Below, in pieces: positions 52,591 to 62,890 of a stretch of DNA of 64,000 bases; position 1 is the first letter of the stretch; each line of letters starts with the position of its first letter. The DNA is taken from contig JBLIRO010000013.1 in NCBI GenBank assembly GCA_049472335.1, positions 10,598 through 74,597 of the forward strand, read 5' to 3'. Source of the DNA: a bacterium. Lineage in GTDB: Bacteria; SZUA-182; DTGQ01; JAFGSM01. The notes beneath the pieces were generated by a model. That model was not told the origin of the DNA, did no database searches, and saw nothing but the letters and a program-made list of their open reading frames with translations. The position numbers were made by a program, and so were the translations under genes.

Positions 52591-53346
52591 TTATGGTTTA
52601 AAATAGTTATAGCCCATCCTTTGAAACTCTGCGATTGCTGTTGGGGCAGCAGTTACGAATTGCACACCCGGAATAAGATGAAAGCTCTTGATCCCCCTGG
52701 ATCGTGCAGTGTTCATTCACATATAGAACTTTACACCTTTTGCAATCAGGTCTTCCACGAGGGGTTGGTAAATATTGTCTACAGCCAGGGGGTGTGGATT
52801 TGCCGCGTTTCTGTTAAGAAGCTGTGTTGCGCCGCCACTATGGTTTACTGATACAATTTTGTAATCCTTGGTCCCGTGAGTGATCTCATAGTCATTAATA
52901 GCAGCGGTAATATTTCCCAGACCATAAGGACTGCCGGGTCTGGATTCAAACGAATTAATATGAAAAAGCATTTTATTGTCATAATTAAATATGAGACATC
53001 TTGTAATCTGTCTTGTACCGGGTCCAAACTCCTCCTCAAGTGTCAATCCCGTAATCAATCCAACAGGGCAGCTAGCTGCCATGGATGTCTGAGTGGTCGT
53101 AGGAGCGTAGCTATAAAAGGTAGGAGGCATATAGGGCGGCCAACCGGATGATGTAAACGGACGTGCTGAGGGAAAGTAACCGGATGGGGGGTAGCTATAT
53201 AAAGGGATTTGACCGGTGCCGGGAAATTGGCTGGCAGGAGGCCAACTCCAGGGGAGGTATTGACTAAGTGCCGGCATGTTAAGGTCAAAAATGATCAGAC
53301 AGAACAAAACAATACAAAAAACTGCGATTATTCTGCGATAATTCAA
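52591..53346 (-). CDS. Secreted DsrE-family protein, probable selenoprotein (TGA at 52717-52719 read as Sec; 251 aa)
   Basis: VNHSGG...LIAKGVKFYM-TGA-MNTARSRGIKSFHLIPGVQFVTAAPTAIAEFQRMGYNYFKP*; the frame continues 41 codons with a DsrE-like C-terminus. Confidence 0.8.
52690..52703 (-). promoter_or_regulatory. Candidate bacterial SECIS apical hairpin
   Basis: GATCC-AGGG-GGATC on the minus strand; loop follows an 18-nt spacer 3' of the in-frame TGA. Confidence 0.6.
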
Positions 53347-53920
53347 TTTTACCCTCCCTTCATAATTATAATTTAATTGGATTTTTAGTGAAAAAATTGG
53401 GAAAAAAGGATTTTGAAAGCTTTCAACCCCCTTTCAAGATCATGATTTTATTGTTACATTATGTTTTATATTAAACTGGGTAAAATGGATTTTAACATTA
53501 AAAAAGGATCTTGACATAAGGAAGATCCATTAAATCTTTTTTATTAAAAAGGCAAATAAGCAGTGACAGAAAAAGAGCCTTTGCCCCCTTTTTTAGAAAA
53601 ATCTATGTTGATAAACTCGGATGGAAAAACATTAATAAGGTGTAACAACATTAAGCTATCTTAATAAAATAATATCTATTAATTCCAATAATGTCAATAT
53701 TTTTTTATACATATATACGGTCATCCTATTATTCGGCCTGCTGTTAAGGGAAATCTTCAAAAGAAAAAATTTTTTCGAGACATCAATGGCCCTGTTAAAA
53801 ATCAATAATATTTTTTCTGATATCCTTCGTTTATTTGACAAATCAATTTGAAATATCTTATTTTTTATATATAATGTTATATAAATGATTTTTTTAATCT
53901 TGTGCATTCAGGAGTTAATT

Positions 53921-56278
53921 ATGAGATGTTTGCCGAAATTCTATATACTCCTTTTGATTTTATCCTTTTCAATCATTTTTAATCCTGGTCCCGGTAATAC
54001 TCAGTATCCTGCAACAGGCCATATCCTGCATTCGATTAGGTGTGAAGGCCAGCCCCTTTCCGTACCAACCTGGCAGTATCCTTCAACCGGGGAAGGGGAT
54101 ATAATGATAGATAATTTCGAATATTGGGACAGCCCTTACAACCACGGATGGAGACAGATTGAGCCTGCCTATCCCGTTTACGGATTCGGAATAGGCTATG
54201 CAACCATATTCAGAACCGTGCTGGATTTCCAGCAAGGCAACCGTGTGCTGGATGTTTATCGTCCTCCATCTATATTTCTCTTAAACACCCCTTACGCCAA
54301 ACACGGAATCTTCCATGATCTCTATACTCCCCCTGTCCAGGGATCATCCTCTCTCATCAACTATATTGACATCAATGAGCGTCCTATCCTAAGTTTCAAG
54401 TTCAGAGCCCCATTTGCCATTGAACCCTGGGATATATTCGAGTTGGATTTACAAGGAAGGACCAATGCCGATAATGACATAATCATTCAGATCACTCCGC
54501 TTCAGCCTCCCTCCGGAAGTCCTACCCATGGAGGGAACTCCACCGAATTGATGAGCGGGTACCTTGCAACAATTACAAAAGCAAGGGATTCGGATGGATT
54601 GATGGTTATTCAGGTAAAAATGGGGCGTTATTATTTAAGCGGAGGCTGGCATGTGATATGGCTGGATTTAAAGGAAGTGGTTCAAAGGGCGTTCGATAAT
54701 TATGACGGGAGTTTCGGAGATCTGAACATGTCCGATTGGGATATTGTCAAAGCTGACAGGATTATAATCACCGGTCAGATGTTTCGTATGGATAATATCT
54801 GTTTCAGGGTCACTGATCACCTGAAGCTGGATCAACCGGATTTCTTCGAATGCGGCCCACGGTATGCCCAGTTGTTTGAACCGTACCGGTATCTGTTTAT
54901 GGCTGATTATGAAGCGAATTCCGAGATAAGGATGTTTACGGACCTTTTGTTCGAACCGGACAATTTTGTTATTGATCCCAATCGGATTCGCGACATCTGG
55001 ATAACCGACCTTTTAAAACTGGACCCCAATTATCATGTTCTGGACTTTGCTCATCCTCAGTATGATCCGAACTATACGGACCGTTGGGTCCCGGGAGATC
55101 CCGATTTTGGGAAACCGGACCCCGTTGCTGAGCTTTACATAAGAGATGGCTTTTTCATTGACAGCACCTTGCCGGTGTTTTCGGATGCGAATTTCAGAGT
55201 AGGTGGAAACAAGATAGATCTTTTGCTTGATCATGGGACTGTGGGATGGAATATGAGTGTTAATAGCTGGGGTGAAAATGCCGTACAGGCATTCATGATT
55301 CAGCCCCTGCCCATAGATCCCTATGACGGCATGCCCACCTATTTCCCTGCCTATTATAGAGCTGTCGAAGTCATAAAGGCCTTTGGCAAGAACCGCCTTA
55401 GACCGGATCAGGTATTTACTCTTGAATCAGCATTATGGAACGTGGGTGTAGGCCTATGGCCGAATGTAGCCTATGTGGATTACGAACCCCAGTATTTTGA
55501 AGACCTGATCGTAACCATCCAGGTCACGAATGGACATAACTCAGACACGCGGACATTTCCCATCTCTGTCGTCAATTATCCTGTAGAAAACTATCCGCCG
55601 GTTGTTCAGTTACATACCACAAACCGGATAACCTATGTGGGAGAGACAGATGAATATTGTTTGAGATTTTTGGACCCCGATTGCTTTATCTTCTCCATTG
55701 CCCAGTTTGATGGCAGGATACCCGCGACAACTCATCTTCCCATGCTGCCAGGCAATCAGATAAGAACGGACATGGAACATCTTATATATAGAATGACCCT
55801 GAATGGCCTTGCCTCTTATCAGTATGGGCCATGGATACAGTCCCTGATGAATCCCAGTAACGGTTTAATAACCATTACCCCACGTTTTGAGGGTGCATTC
55901 GATGCCATAATTACCTGTACCGATGATCGGGGCGCTTCTGCATTCGGTGACTTTATCTATTATACCTTCAATCACGGGTCATGGCTGAATCATCCTCCGG
56001 TCAATTTTGGCGACCCGACACGTCCTCTCATTGCCAGGGCAGGTGAAGAGATCATTATTAACTACCCGGACCTGAAGGTCATGGATCCCGATGGCGATGA
56101 GATGTTCGCGGCCGCAAACCTCGGATGTGTCGGCAGAACTGCGGATGGGGGATTTATGTGGTCATTTCAGACCAATTTCCCTGGAACCTATAATGTAGAG
56201 ATAATCTTTTATGACATAAGGGGCGGATATGTTATCAGACGGCTGACGGTTGTGGTTGAACCCTGGTGGTCATATTAA
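53921..56278 (+). CDS. Secreted ~780-aa protein of unknown function, paralog 1 (PWWSY family)
   Basis: Signal peptide, GEGDIMIDNFEYWDSP, DPN-rich segment, NYPP/NHPP/DPDGDE Ig/cadherin-like motifs; AGGAG RBS before ATG 53921. Confidence 0.85.
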   Translation: MRCLPKFYILLLILSFSIIFNPGPGNTQYPATGHILHSIRCEGQPLSVPTWQYPSTGEGDIMIDNFEYWDSPYNHGWRQIEPAYPVYGFGIGYATIFRTVLDFQQGNRVLDVYRPPSIFLLNTPYAKHGIFHDLYTPPVQGSSSLINYIDINERPILSFKFRAPFAIEPWDIFELDLQGRTNADNDIIIQITPLQPPSGSPTHGGNSTELMSGYLATITKARDSDGLMVIQVKMGRYYLSGGWHVIWLDLKEVVQRAFDNYDGSFGDLNMSDWDIVKADRIIITGQMFRMDNICFRVTDHLKLDQPDFFECGPRYAQLFEPYRYLFMADYEANSEIRMFTDLLFEPDNFVIDPNRIRDIWITDLLKLDPNYHVLDFAHPQYDPNYTDRWVPGDPDFGKPDPVAELYIRDGFFIDSTLPVFSDANFRVGGNKIDLLLDHGTVGWNMSVNSWGENAVQAFMIQPLPIDPYDGMPTYFPAYYRAVEVIKAFGKNRLRPDQVFTLESALWNVGVGLWPNVAYVDYEPQYFEDLIVTIQVTNGHNSDTRTFPISVVNYPVENYPPVVQLHTTNRITYVGETDEYCLRFLDPDCFIFSIAQFDGRIPATTHLPMLPGNQIRTDMEHLIYRMTLNGLASYQYGPWIQSLMNPSNGLITITPRFEGAFDAIITCTDDRGASAFGDFIYYTFNHGSWLNHPPVNFGDPTRPLIARAGEEIIINYPDLKVMDPDGDEMFAAANLGCVGRTADGGFMWSFQTNFPGTYNVEIIFYDIRGGYVIRRLTVVVEPWWSY

Positions 56279-56334
56279 AAAAGTCACAATAATACATATA
56301 CTTAACAAAGGGGGGAGATAGAAAGGACTAAAAA

Positions 56335-58653
56335 ATGAAAAAGGGTTATGGGTTTATTATCTTTTTTTTATTTGCTGCTGTATTTTTTATAACAATCATC
56401 CCAAACACTCCGGTTCAGGCACAAGTCTTTCAATTCCCAGCTTTTCAGAACCAGTCGCTGCAAGTGCCGGCCTGGCAGAATTCCATTACGGGTGAAGGTG
56501 ACATCCTCGTCGACAACTTCGAATACTGGGATAGTCCGTATAATCACGGTTGGATGCAGATGGAGCCTGCATATCCCGTATATGGATTCGGAATGGGCTA
56601 TGCAACACTGTTCAATACCGTGCTTGACCTTCAGGAAGGGAGCCGTGTTCTGGACGTTTATCGTCCACCATCCGTATTCCTGCTGGGTACTCCCTTTGAA
56701 AAACACCGGATCGTTTACAATCTTTTCACCCCTCGTATCCCAGGTTCTGATTCAATTGTGGATTTTATAGCCCTTGATCAGAATCCGGTGCTAAGTTTTA
56801 AACTCAGGGCGCCTATCGGGATTGAGCCCTGGGATATCTTCGAGTTGGATGTAATAGGTTCTCCAGAATCTTCAGAAGATGCTGTTATTACCATTCGGAT
56901 AAGACCCATACAGCCTCCTGCAGGGGCGTACACAAAGGAGTTTTATTATTCCGAAGTAACCGGCTTCGTCGATACATCCGCCACAAAGGCACTGGAAGTA
57001 ACGATAAATATCGGGCGGGGCTTCCTCGACGGTTCCTGGCACTCCATATGGCTTGATCTGGTTGACTTGGTGAATACCGCGGTTGATGACCATGAAGGGA
57101 TTACCAGCAAACAGGATTGGTATATTACCAGGGCAAATGCACTCATGGTTACAGGACAGATGTTCCGTTTGGATGACATAATATTCAGGGCACAGGATTT
57201 TACTACAAAAAAACCCGCTCATTTATTCGAGATTGGCCCATTATATGCTCAGATCTTTGAACCCTACCGGTATCTCTTTCTGGGAGATTATGAAGCTCAA
57301 GGAAATATCCCGCATATTACCGATTTTCTCCTCGATCCGACTAATTTCATAACGGACCCGAATCAGATCCGCGATGCCTGGGTTAATGATCTATTGAGCC
57401 TGGACCCCAATTATCATATCTTAGACCCGAACCACCCCCAATATGATCCTGATTACATTAACAGATGGATGCCCGGCGATCCGAACTACGGCATACCCGA
57501 CCCAGTAGCTGAAATATATATAAAAGATGATTTCTTTATCGACAGCAGCCTGCCTGTTTTTGCAGACCAAAACATAAGGGTAGGCGGAAACCTGAATTCC
57601 GAGCTGCGGAATCACGGAACCTTGCAGTGGAATATGACAATTGGCGGATACGGGGCAGACGCGATCCAGGCGCTTCTTGTGCAGCCACTTCCCATAAACC
57701 CATATGATGGTATGCCGACTTACATATTGACCGAATATATGGCCGTACCTACCATAGAGGTCTTTGGTCATTTTCACTATGGTCCGGTCCATTGTTTTAC
57801 CTTGGAGTCTGCCCTGTGGAATTCAGGGGTTGCCTTATGGCCTCAGGTGGCCTATATGGATTATACGCCCCAGTACTTTGAGGACCTTATCGTTACCCTG
57901 GAGGTAACCGATGGATTGATATCGGATACCAACACATTTCCCATAAGTGTGGTAAATTATCCTGTTGAAAACTACGCCCCTGTAACTCAGGTAAACATCT
58001 GTGCCAGGTTTTTCATTGTAGGTCAGAGGAATGAATGCCTCATATTCTTCCTGGACCCGGACTGTTTTGTCTTTTCAATGGCTCAGTTTCAGGGAGGGGT
58101 GCCTGCGACCTCTCATGTGCCCATGCTGCCTGGCAATACAATAAGAACGGATCAGGACGAGCTAATATTCCGGATGACTATCAATGGATACAATACCTAT
58201 CAATACGGCCCCTGGATAGACACTATTATAGATCCTGAAAGCGGCCTGACGAGCTTTACACCGAAATTTGAAGGTGTCCTGCATAGTGTAGTCACCTGTA
58301 CCGACTCATTTGGGGCTGTGGCCTTTGGTGAGCGGCCCATCATTTGTGTAAATCCTGGAACATGGGTAAATCATCCCCCTATAATAACGGCCTCCCCTCA
58401 GCGTCCTTTGGTTGTAAGAGCGGGAGAAGAGTTCATCCTTACTGATATGATAATTCAGGAACCTGATGGGGATGAGATGTACACATCCTGTAACATCGGC
58501 TCCATGGGCCGGATGGCAGACGGAAGATTCTTCTGGACCTTTCAGAGCAACTTCCCCGGTTTCTACCATGTGGAGGTTATATTCTACGATATAAGAGGCG
58601 GCTATGCCATAATGAGGATCGAGGTTGAGGTGAAACCGTGGTGGTCATATTGA
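56335..58653 (+). CDS. Secreted protein of unknown function, paralog 2 (PWWSY family)
   Basis: Colinear with paralog 1; ends VKPWWSY. Confidence 0.88.
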   Translation: MKKGYGFIIFFLFAAVFFITIIPNTPVQAQVFQFPAFQNQSLQVPAWQNSITGEGDILVDNFEYWDSPYNHGWMQMEPAYPVYGFGMGYATLFNTVLDLQEGSRVLDVYRPPSVFLLGTPFEKHRIVYNLFTPRIPGSDSIVDFIALDQNPVLSFKLRAPIGIEPWDIFELDVIGSPESSEDAVITIRIRPIQPPAGAYTKEFYYSEVTGFVDTSATKALEVTINIGRGFLDGSWHSIWLDLVDLVNTAVDDHEGITSKQDWYITRANALMVTGQMFRLDDIIFRAQDFTTKKPAHLFEIGPLYAQIFEPYRYLFLGDYEAQGNIPHITDFLLDPTNFITDPNQIRDAWVNDLLSLDPNYHILDPNHPQYDPDYINRWMPGDPNYGIPDPVAEIYIKDDFFIDSSLPVFADQNIRVGGNLNSELRNHGTLQWNMTIGGYGADAIQALLVQPLPINPYDGMPTYILTEYMAVPTIEVFGHFHYGPVHCFTLESALWNSGVALWPQVAYMDYTPQYFEDLIVTLEVTDGLISDTNTFPISVVNYPVENYAPVTQVNICARFFIVGQRNECLIFFLDPDCFVFSMAQFQGGVPATSHVPMLPGNTIRTDQDELIFRMTINGYNTYQYGPWIDTIIDPESGLTSFTPKFEGVLHSVVTCTDSFGAVAFGERPIICVNPGTWVNHPPIITASPQRPLVVRAGEEFILTDMIIQEPDGDEMYTSCNIGSMGRMADGRFFWTFQSNFPGFYHVEVIFYDIRGGYAIMRIEVEVKPWWSY

Positions 58654-58734
58654 TATTCGTAATATCAAACCCTTTCAGATGCTTTTTCTTTAAAGATTTT
58701 GCTCTGATTGCTTTTATGCCTTAAAATTATTATT

Positions 58735-61089
58735 TCAGTAAGACCACCAGGGCTTTACGACAACTGTCTTTTTTAAGATGAGATATCCACCTCTAATATC
58801 ATAGAATATAATTTCTATGTTGTAAGTCCCCGGGAAATTGGTGTGGAATGTCCAAAGATAGCCCCCATCGTCTGTACGTCCAACAGTTCCAATATTACAG
58901 GATGCATAGAGCTCGTCACCATCAGGATCCATTACCTTAAGGTCCGGTGCTGTAATGAAAACCTCTTCACCTGCTTTAACAAGGATTGGGCGAGTCGGAT
59001 TGCCAAAATAAATCGGCGGATGGTTCAACCATGTATCTTGACTAAAAGTGAAGAGAGTGAAGCTACCGAAAGACGAAGCACCTCGATCATCGGTGCAGGT
59101 TACAGTGGCCCTGAAGGCCCCTTCAAATTTAGGGGTAAAACTAATCAAACCACTACATGGGTCTATTAAATCCTCTATCCATGGGCCATATTGATATGAA
59201 GTAAGACCTGCAAGGGTCATACGAAACGTAAGGTTTTCCATATCAGTCCTTATCTGATTTCCCGGCAGCAAGGGAAGATGGGTTGTAGCAGGGGTCCTTC
59301 CCATAAACTGGGCAAGGGAAAAGACAAAGCAGTCCGGATCTATGAACTTTAATGCATATTCATTCTCCTGTCCATAATTGAAAACCCGGTTAGAAGTATG
59401 TAACTGCGTTACAGGGGGATAATTTTCTAATGGATAATTGATAACGGAAATGGGAAATGTCCGAACATCCGGTCTGCTACCATTTGTCACCTGCAGAGAC
59501 ACGATCAGGTCTTCAAAATAGAGGGGTTCATAATCCATATAGATGATATTCGGCCACAACTCCATTCCAACATTCCAAAGTGCGGACTCCAGGATAAAAA
59601 CCAGTTGTGGGCCAAAATGCTGCTTTCCATATTTCTTTATTACGTCAATAACCCTATAATATCTAGGTATATAGGTCGGCATCCCATCATAAGGATCGAT
59701 TGGAAGATGGTGAATCATAAGTGCTTGGATTGCGTTTTGGCCATAGCCGCCAACTGTCATATTCCACCCCAGGGTTCCATGTGCTCTTAATTCAGCAGCC
59801 ATTTTCCCCTCCAATCTGAAATTTTGATCCGCAAAGACCGGAAGTGTGGTATCGATAAAGAAACCCTTCTTTATGTATGTCTCTGCTACAGGGTCCGATG
59901 TGCCGAAATTTGGGTCTCCTGGAAGCCAACGGCTTGTATAGTTTGGATCATGCTGAGGATGGTTGGGATCAATAACATGATAGTTAGGATCAAGCCTTAA
60001 AAGATCAGAAATCCATGTATCCCTGATTTTATCCTTGTCTGTTATAAAATTTTCAAGATCCAGGAGAAGATCGGAAATGAGTTTTATCTCACCCAAAGAT
60101 TCATACTCAGACATAAAAAGATACCTGTAAGGCTCAAACAACTGCGCAAAAAGAGGGCCTGGCTCAAACATATCAGGTTGGTCTATCCTGATAAAATGTC
60201 CTGTTCTGAAAGCAATATCATCCAAACGGAACATTTGTCCGCTGACACGAATCTGATCAGCCTTAACAATCTCCCAATCAGATCTATTTATACTGCCGAT
60301 GTTCTGCTCGTAACAATCAAGGGCCTTCTCCCCTACCTCTAAAAGGTCCAACCATAATATATGCCATGAACCGTCCAGATAGTTTCTGCCTATGTTTACT
60401 TGAATGACCATAGGGCCGCCAGGGAAGTTTGTTTCCTTAATGCAGGCCCTATAATTTCCTATATTAAAGGTTGACCCTCCTGGCTCCAGAAACCCGGCTG
60501 GGGGTTGTATCGGTCTTATTTGGATAAGGATTGGATAGCCTGCTCTTGTAATCCCTGTTACCTCAAATTCAAAGATATCCCAGGGCTCAATTCCGACCGG
60601 CGCCCTGAATTTAAAGCTTAAAACCGGATTTTTTGTGAGGTCAATGTAATCATCTACCGATGCAGATCCAGGTACCGGAGGTGAATAGAGGTTATATAAA
60701 ATGCCAAATCTTTCATACATTGTATTCAGCAAAAACACGGATGGTGGACGATAAACATCCAGAACCCGGGCCCCCTCTCTAAGATCTATCACGGTTCTTA
60801 ATATTGTCGCATAGCCTATGCCGAATCCATAGAATGGATAGGGCGGCTCTAACTTTACCCAGCCATGATTAAGGGGGCTGTCCCAATACTCAAAATTGTC
60901 GATTAAGATGTCTCCTTCGCCTTTTGAGGGATACTGCCATGATGGAACCTTTAAGTTTTTTTCATCAAAAGGGGGTAATTGAACAATAGATCCGGTTGGG
61001 AGAAGCTGGGCATTGGTTATAAAGGGGGCAATAATAAACCCGAAAGACAAAATCAAGAGTATTATGAAATATTTTGATAAGTATTTCAT
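58735..61089 (-). CDS. Secreted protein of unknown function, paralog 3 (PWWSY family)
   Basis: Colinear with paralogs 1 and 2; inverted orientation; ends VKPWWSY. Confidence 0.88.
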   Translation of the reverse strand: MKYLSKYFIILLILSFGFIIAPFITNAQLLPTGSIVQLPPFDEKNLKVPSWQYPSKGEGDILIDNFEYWDSPLNHGWVKLEPPYPFYGFGIGYATILRTVIDLREGARVLDVYRPPSVFLLNTMYERFGILYNLYSPPVPGSASVDDYIDLTKNPVLSFKFRAPVGIEPWDIFEFEVTGITRAGYPILIQIRPIQPPAGFLEPGGSTFNIGNYRACIKETNFPGGPMVIQVNIGRNYLDGSWHILWLDLLEVGEKALDCYEQNIGSINRSDWEIVKADQIRVSGQMFRLDDIAFRTGHFIRIDQPDMFEPGPLFAQLFEPYRYLFMSEYESLGEIKLISDLLLDLENFITDKDKIRDTWISDLLRLDPNYHVIDPNHPQHDPNYTSRWLPGDPNFGTSDPVAETYIKKGFFIDTTLPVFADQNFRLEGKMAAELRAHGTLGWNMTVGGYGQNAIQALMIHHLPIDPYDGMPTYIPRYYRVIDVIKKYGKQHFGPQLVFILESALWNVGMELWPNIIYMDYEPLYFEDLIVSLQVTNGSRPDVRTFPISVINYPLENYPPVTQLHTSNRVFNYGQENEYALKFIDPDCFVFSLAQFMGRTPATTHLPLLPGNQIRTDMENLTFRMTLAGLTSYQYGPWIEDLIDPCSGLISFTPKFEGAFRATVTCTDDRGASSFGSFTLFTFSQDTWLNHPPIYFGNPTRPILVKAGEEVFITAPDLKVMDPDGDELYASCNIGTVGRTDDGGYLWTFHTNFPGTYNIEIIFYDIRGGYLILKKTVVVKPWWSY

Positions 61090-61559
61090 TTTGGCTCCTC
61101 TTGTTATAGATTAGAAGAAGATAAAACAAAAACAAAACAGTGAAAATAGTTAACACTATTCTGAATTAACAAATCTATTAATAGAATAACTATATCAATA
61201 TTTGCAAAATTTTGACTTAGATATTTTCCCCGGCCAATGAATCCTGAAAAATCGGGACCCAAAAAGGCAGGCTCTCTAATTCCGGTAACATTAAGGTTGA
61301 AACATTCTTGGGTAAACCATATGGGACTAATAGGAGCATAATAAAAAACAATATAAACAAACCAGAATAAAATTGTTGGTTTCTTAATATTTTTACATCT
61401 GATCCGTTATATAATAACTATAATAGAATTTCTTTAAAGAGATAATAGATACTATATAAATATAATATATAATTATGACCCGAGTTTCAAATTTGTAGAG
61501 CAAATATTCATACAATATATTGATAATAAAGTTTTATTTTTTATTATTATAGTTCCCTT

Positions 61560-61827
61560 ACAGCTCCCTCTAATCATCCTGATGTTGTAATAACATGAGA
61601 AGAGTTTATCATTGCTGAAATGTATATTTAGAACTCTGATGGGAATGAGCTAAATGCAACCTGTAATATCGGCTCCATGAGTCGGACGGTAGACGGAGGA
61701 TTCTTCCAGACCTTTCATAAGCAACTTCCCGAGTTTCTGGCATGTGGAGGTTATGTTCCACGATATAAGGGGTGGCTATGCCATAATGAGGATCAAGGTT
61801 GAGCCAAAACCCTGGTGGTCATATTGA
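61560..61827 (+). pseudogene. Decayed 3' fragment of a fourth PWWSY-family paralog
   Basis: Aligns by eye to about 58385-58653 (CNIGSM..., DIRGGYAIMRIKVEPKPWWSY*) with internal stops and a 1-nt insertion. Confidence 0.85.
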
Positions 61828-61934
61828 CATTCATAACGAAATAGTCAATAATAACGCCCATCAACATGTAAAACTTATAGAAAATTTATTGTGGGGAAAT
61901 AAAGCTGCAAAGCAATTAATATTTTAAGTTAGTT

Positions 61935-62012
61935 GGTGGGTGTAGCTCAGCTGGACAGAGCACTGGATTGTGGCTCCAGTGGCCGCGGGTTCAAGTCCCG
62001 CCATCCACCCCA
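61935..62012 (+). tRNA. tRNA-His (GTG)
   Basis: Cloverleaf with G-1:C73 pair, anticodon arm CTGGA-TTGTGGC-TCCAG, GTTCAA T-loop, encoded CCA. Confidence 0.97.
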
Positions 62013-62021
62013 AGAAAATTC

Positions 62022-62056
62022 AAGGAGTTAGCCGGTTAGGGGTTAACTCCTTTTTT
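62022..62056 (+). terminator. Intrinsic terminator after tRNA-His
   Basis: AAGGAGTTAGCC...GGTTAACTCCTT followed by a T run. Confidence 0.85.
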
Positions 62057-62677
62057 CTTATCCGTGTGAGAATTTTTTTAAAAATCTGTAAAAACCCAGA
62101 AATATTAAAAAAATAAACTAAATAATATCAATAAGTTATAGAGGAAAGATAGCGAACACTGGGCAAGTAATCCATAGGCCAGGGATTGATTAAGAATAGC
62201 CAGTTATGTCAATTATTTCAATAGGTAAGGTAATTATCAAAGGAATAGGGCAGGGGAAAAATCTAAATCCTTGATTTAGAAAATATATATCATGATTAAC
62301 TTTTAAAGAGGTACAAAATTGAGAGGTCAGGTCAATGGATCGTACCATTAAAAATTTGATTAAACGGTTTTTAAAATTTTTACGCCCTCCTTTAATAATA
62401 AATCTGATTCTCTTATAAACTCGCATGCATTAATGATTTGGTGAGTAGCATCAATTGATTCATAATCATTTTCTTCAAATATTTCATAAATTCTTTTAGG
62501 GCTAAAATTAACTGTTAAATCATGAGGAGGATTATCAGTTGGGAATTTAGCTTTATTCTTGAAAGAGTACTCCCTATTAAATTTTAAAATGAAGTACTTT
62601 TATATCGTGTTTTCCCATGATTTTTAATGAAATCAGTATCTATATAAGTTCTTGATATTGTTTAATGATGATATTTT

Positions 62678-62890
62678 GACGAGGCACAGGTTACCGGCTC
62701 AGCCCACTGTGCCTTAATCCCATATTGGAGCAAGGAGCTTGGAAAAGTTGAACTGCATGCATATCAGCTTTCAGAAAGGGGAGGGGAATTGTTTTGTAAA
62801 GTCAAGGGGAATAGGGTGTTAATTTCAGGTAAGGCCGTAACTTATCTTGAGGGGAATATCGCTTATGAGGGGAACATAGCTTATGGATAA
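62678..62890 (+). pseudogene. C-terminal fragment of a PhzF-family isomerase
   Basis: Manual translation DEAQVTGSAHCALIPYWSKELGK...QLSERGGELFC...RVLISGKAVTYLEG; in-frame stop just upstream and no start codon. Confidence 0.8.

Noticed and set aside
61560..61827. Possible diversity-generating retroelement template repeat for paralog 2
   Set aside because: Mismatches are not adenine-specific, there is an indel, and no reverse transcriptase is present in the window
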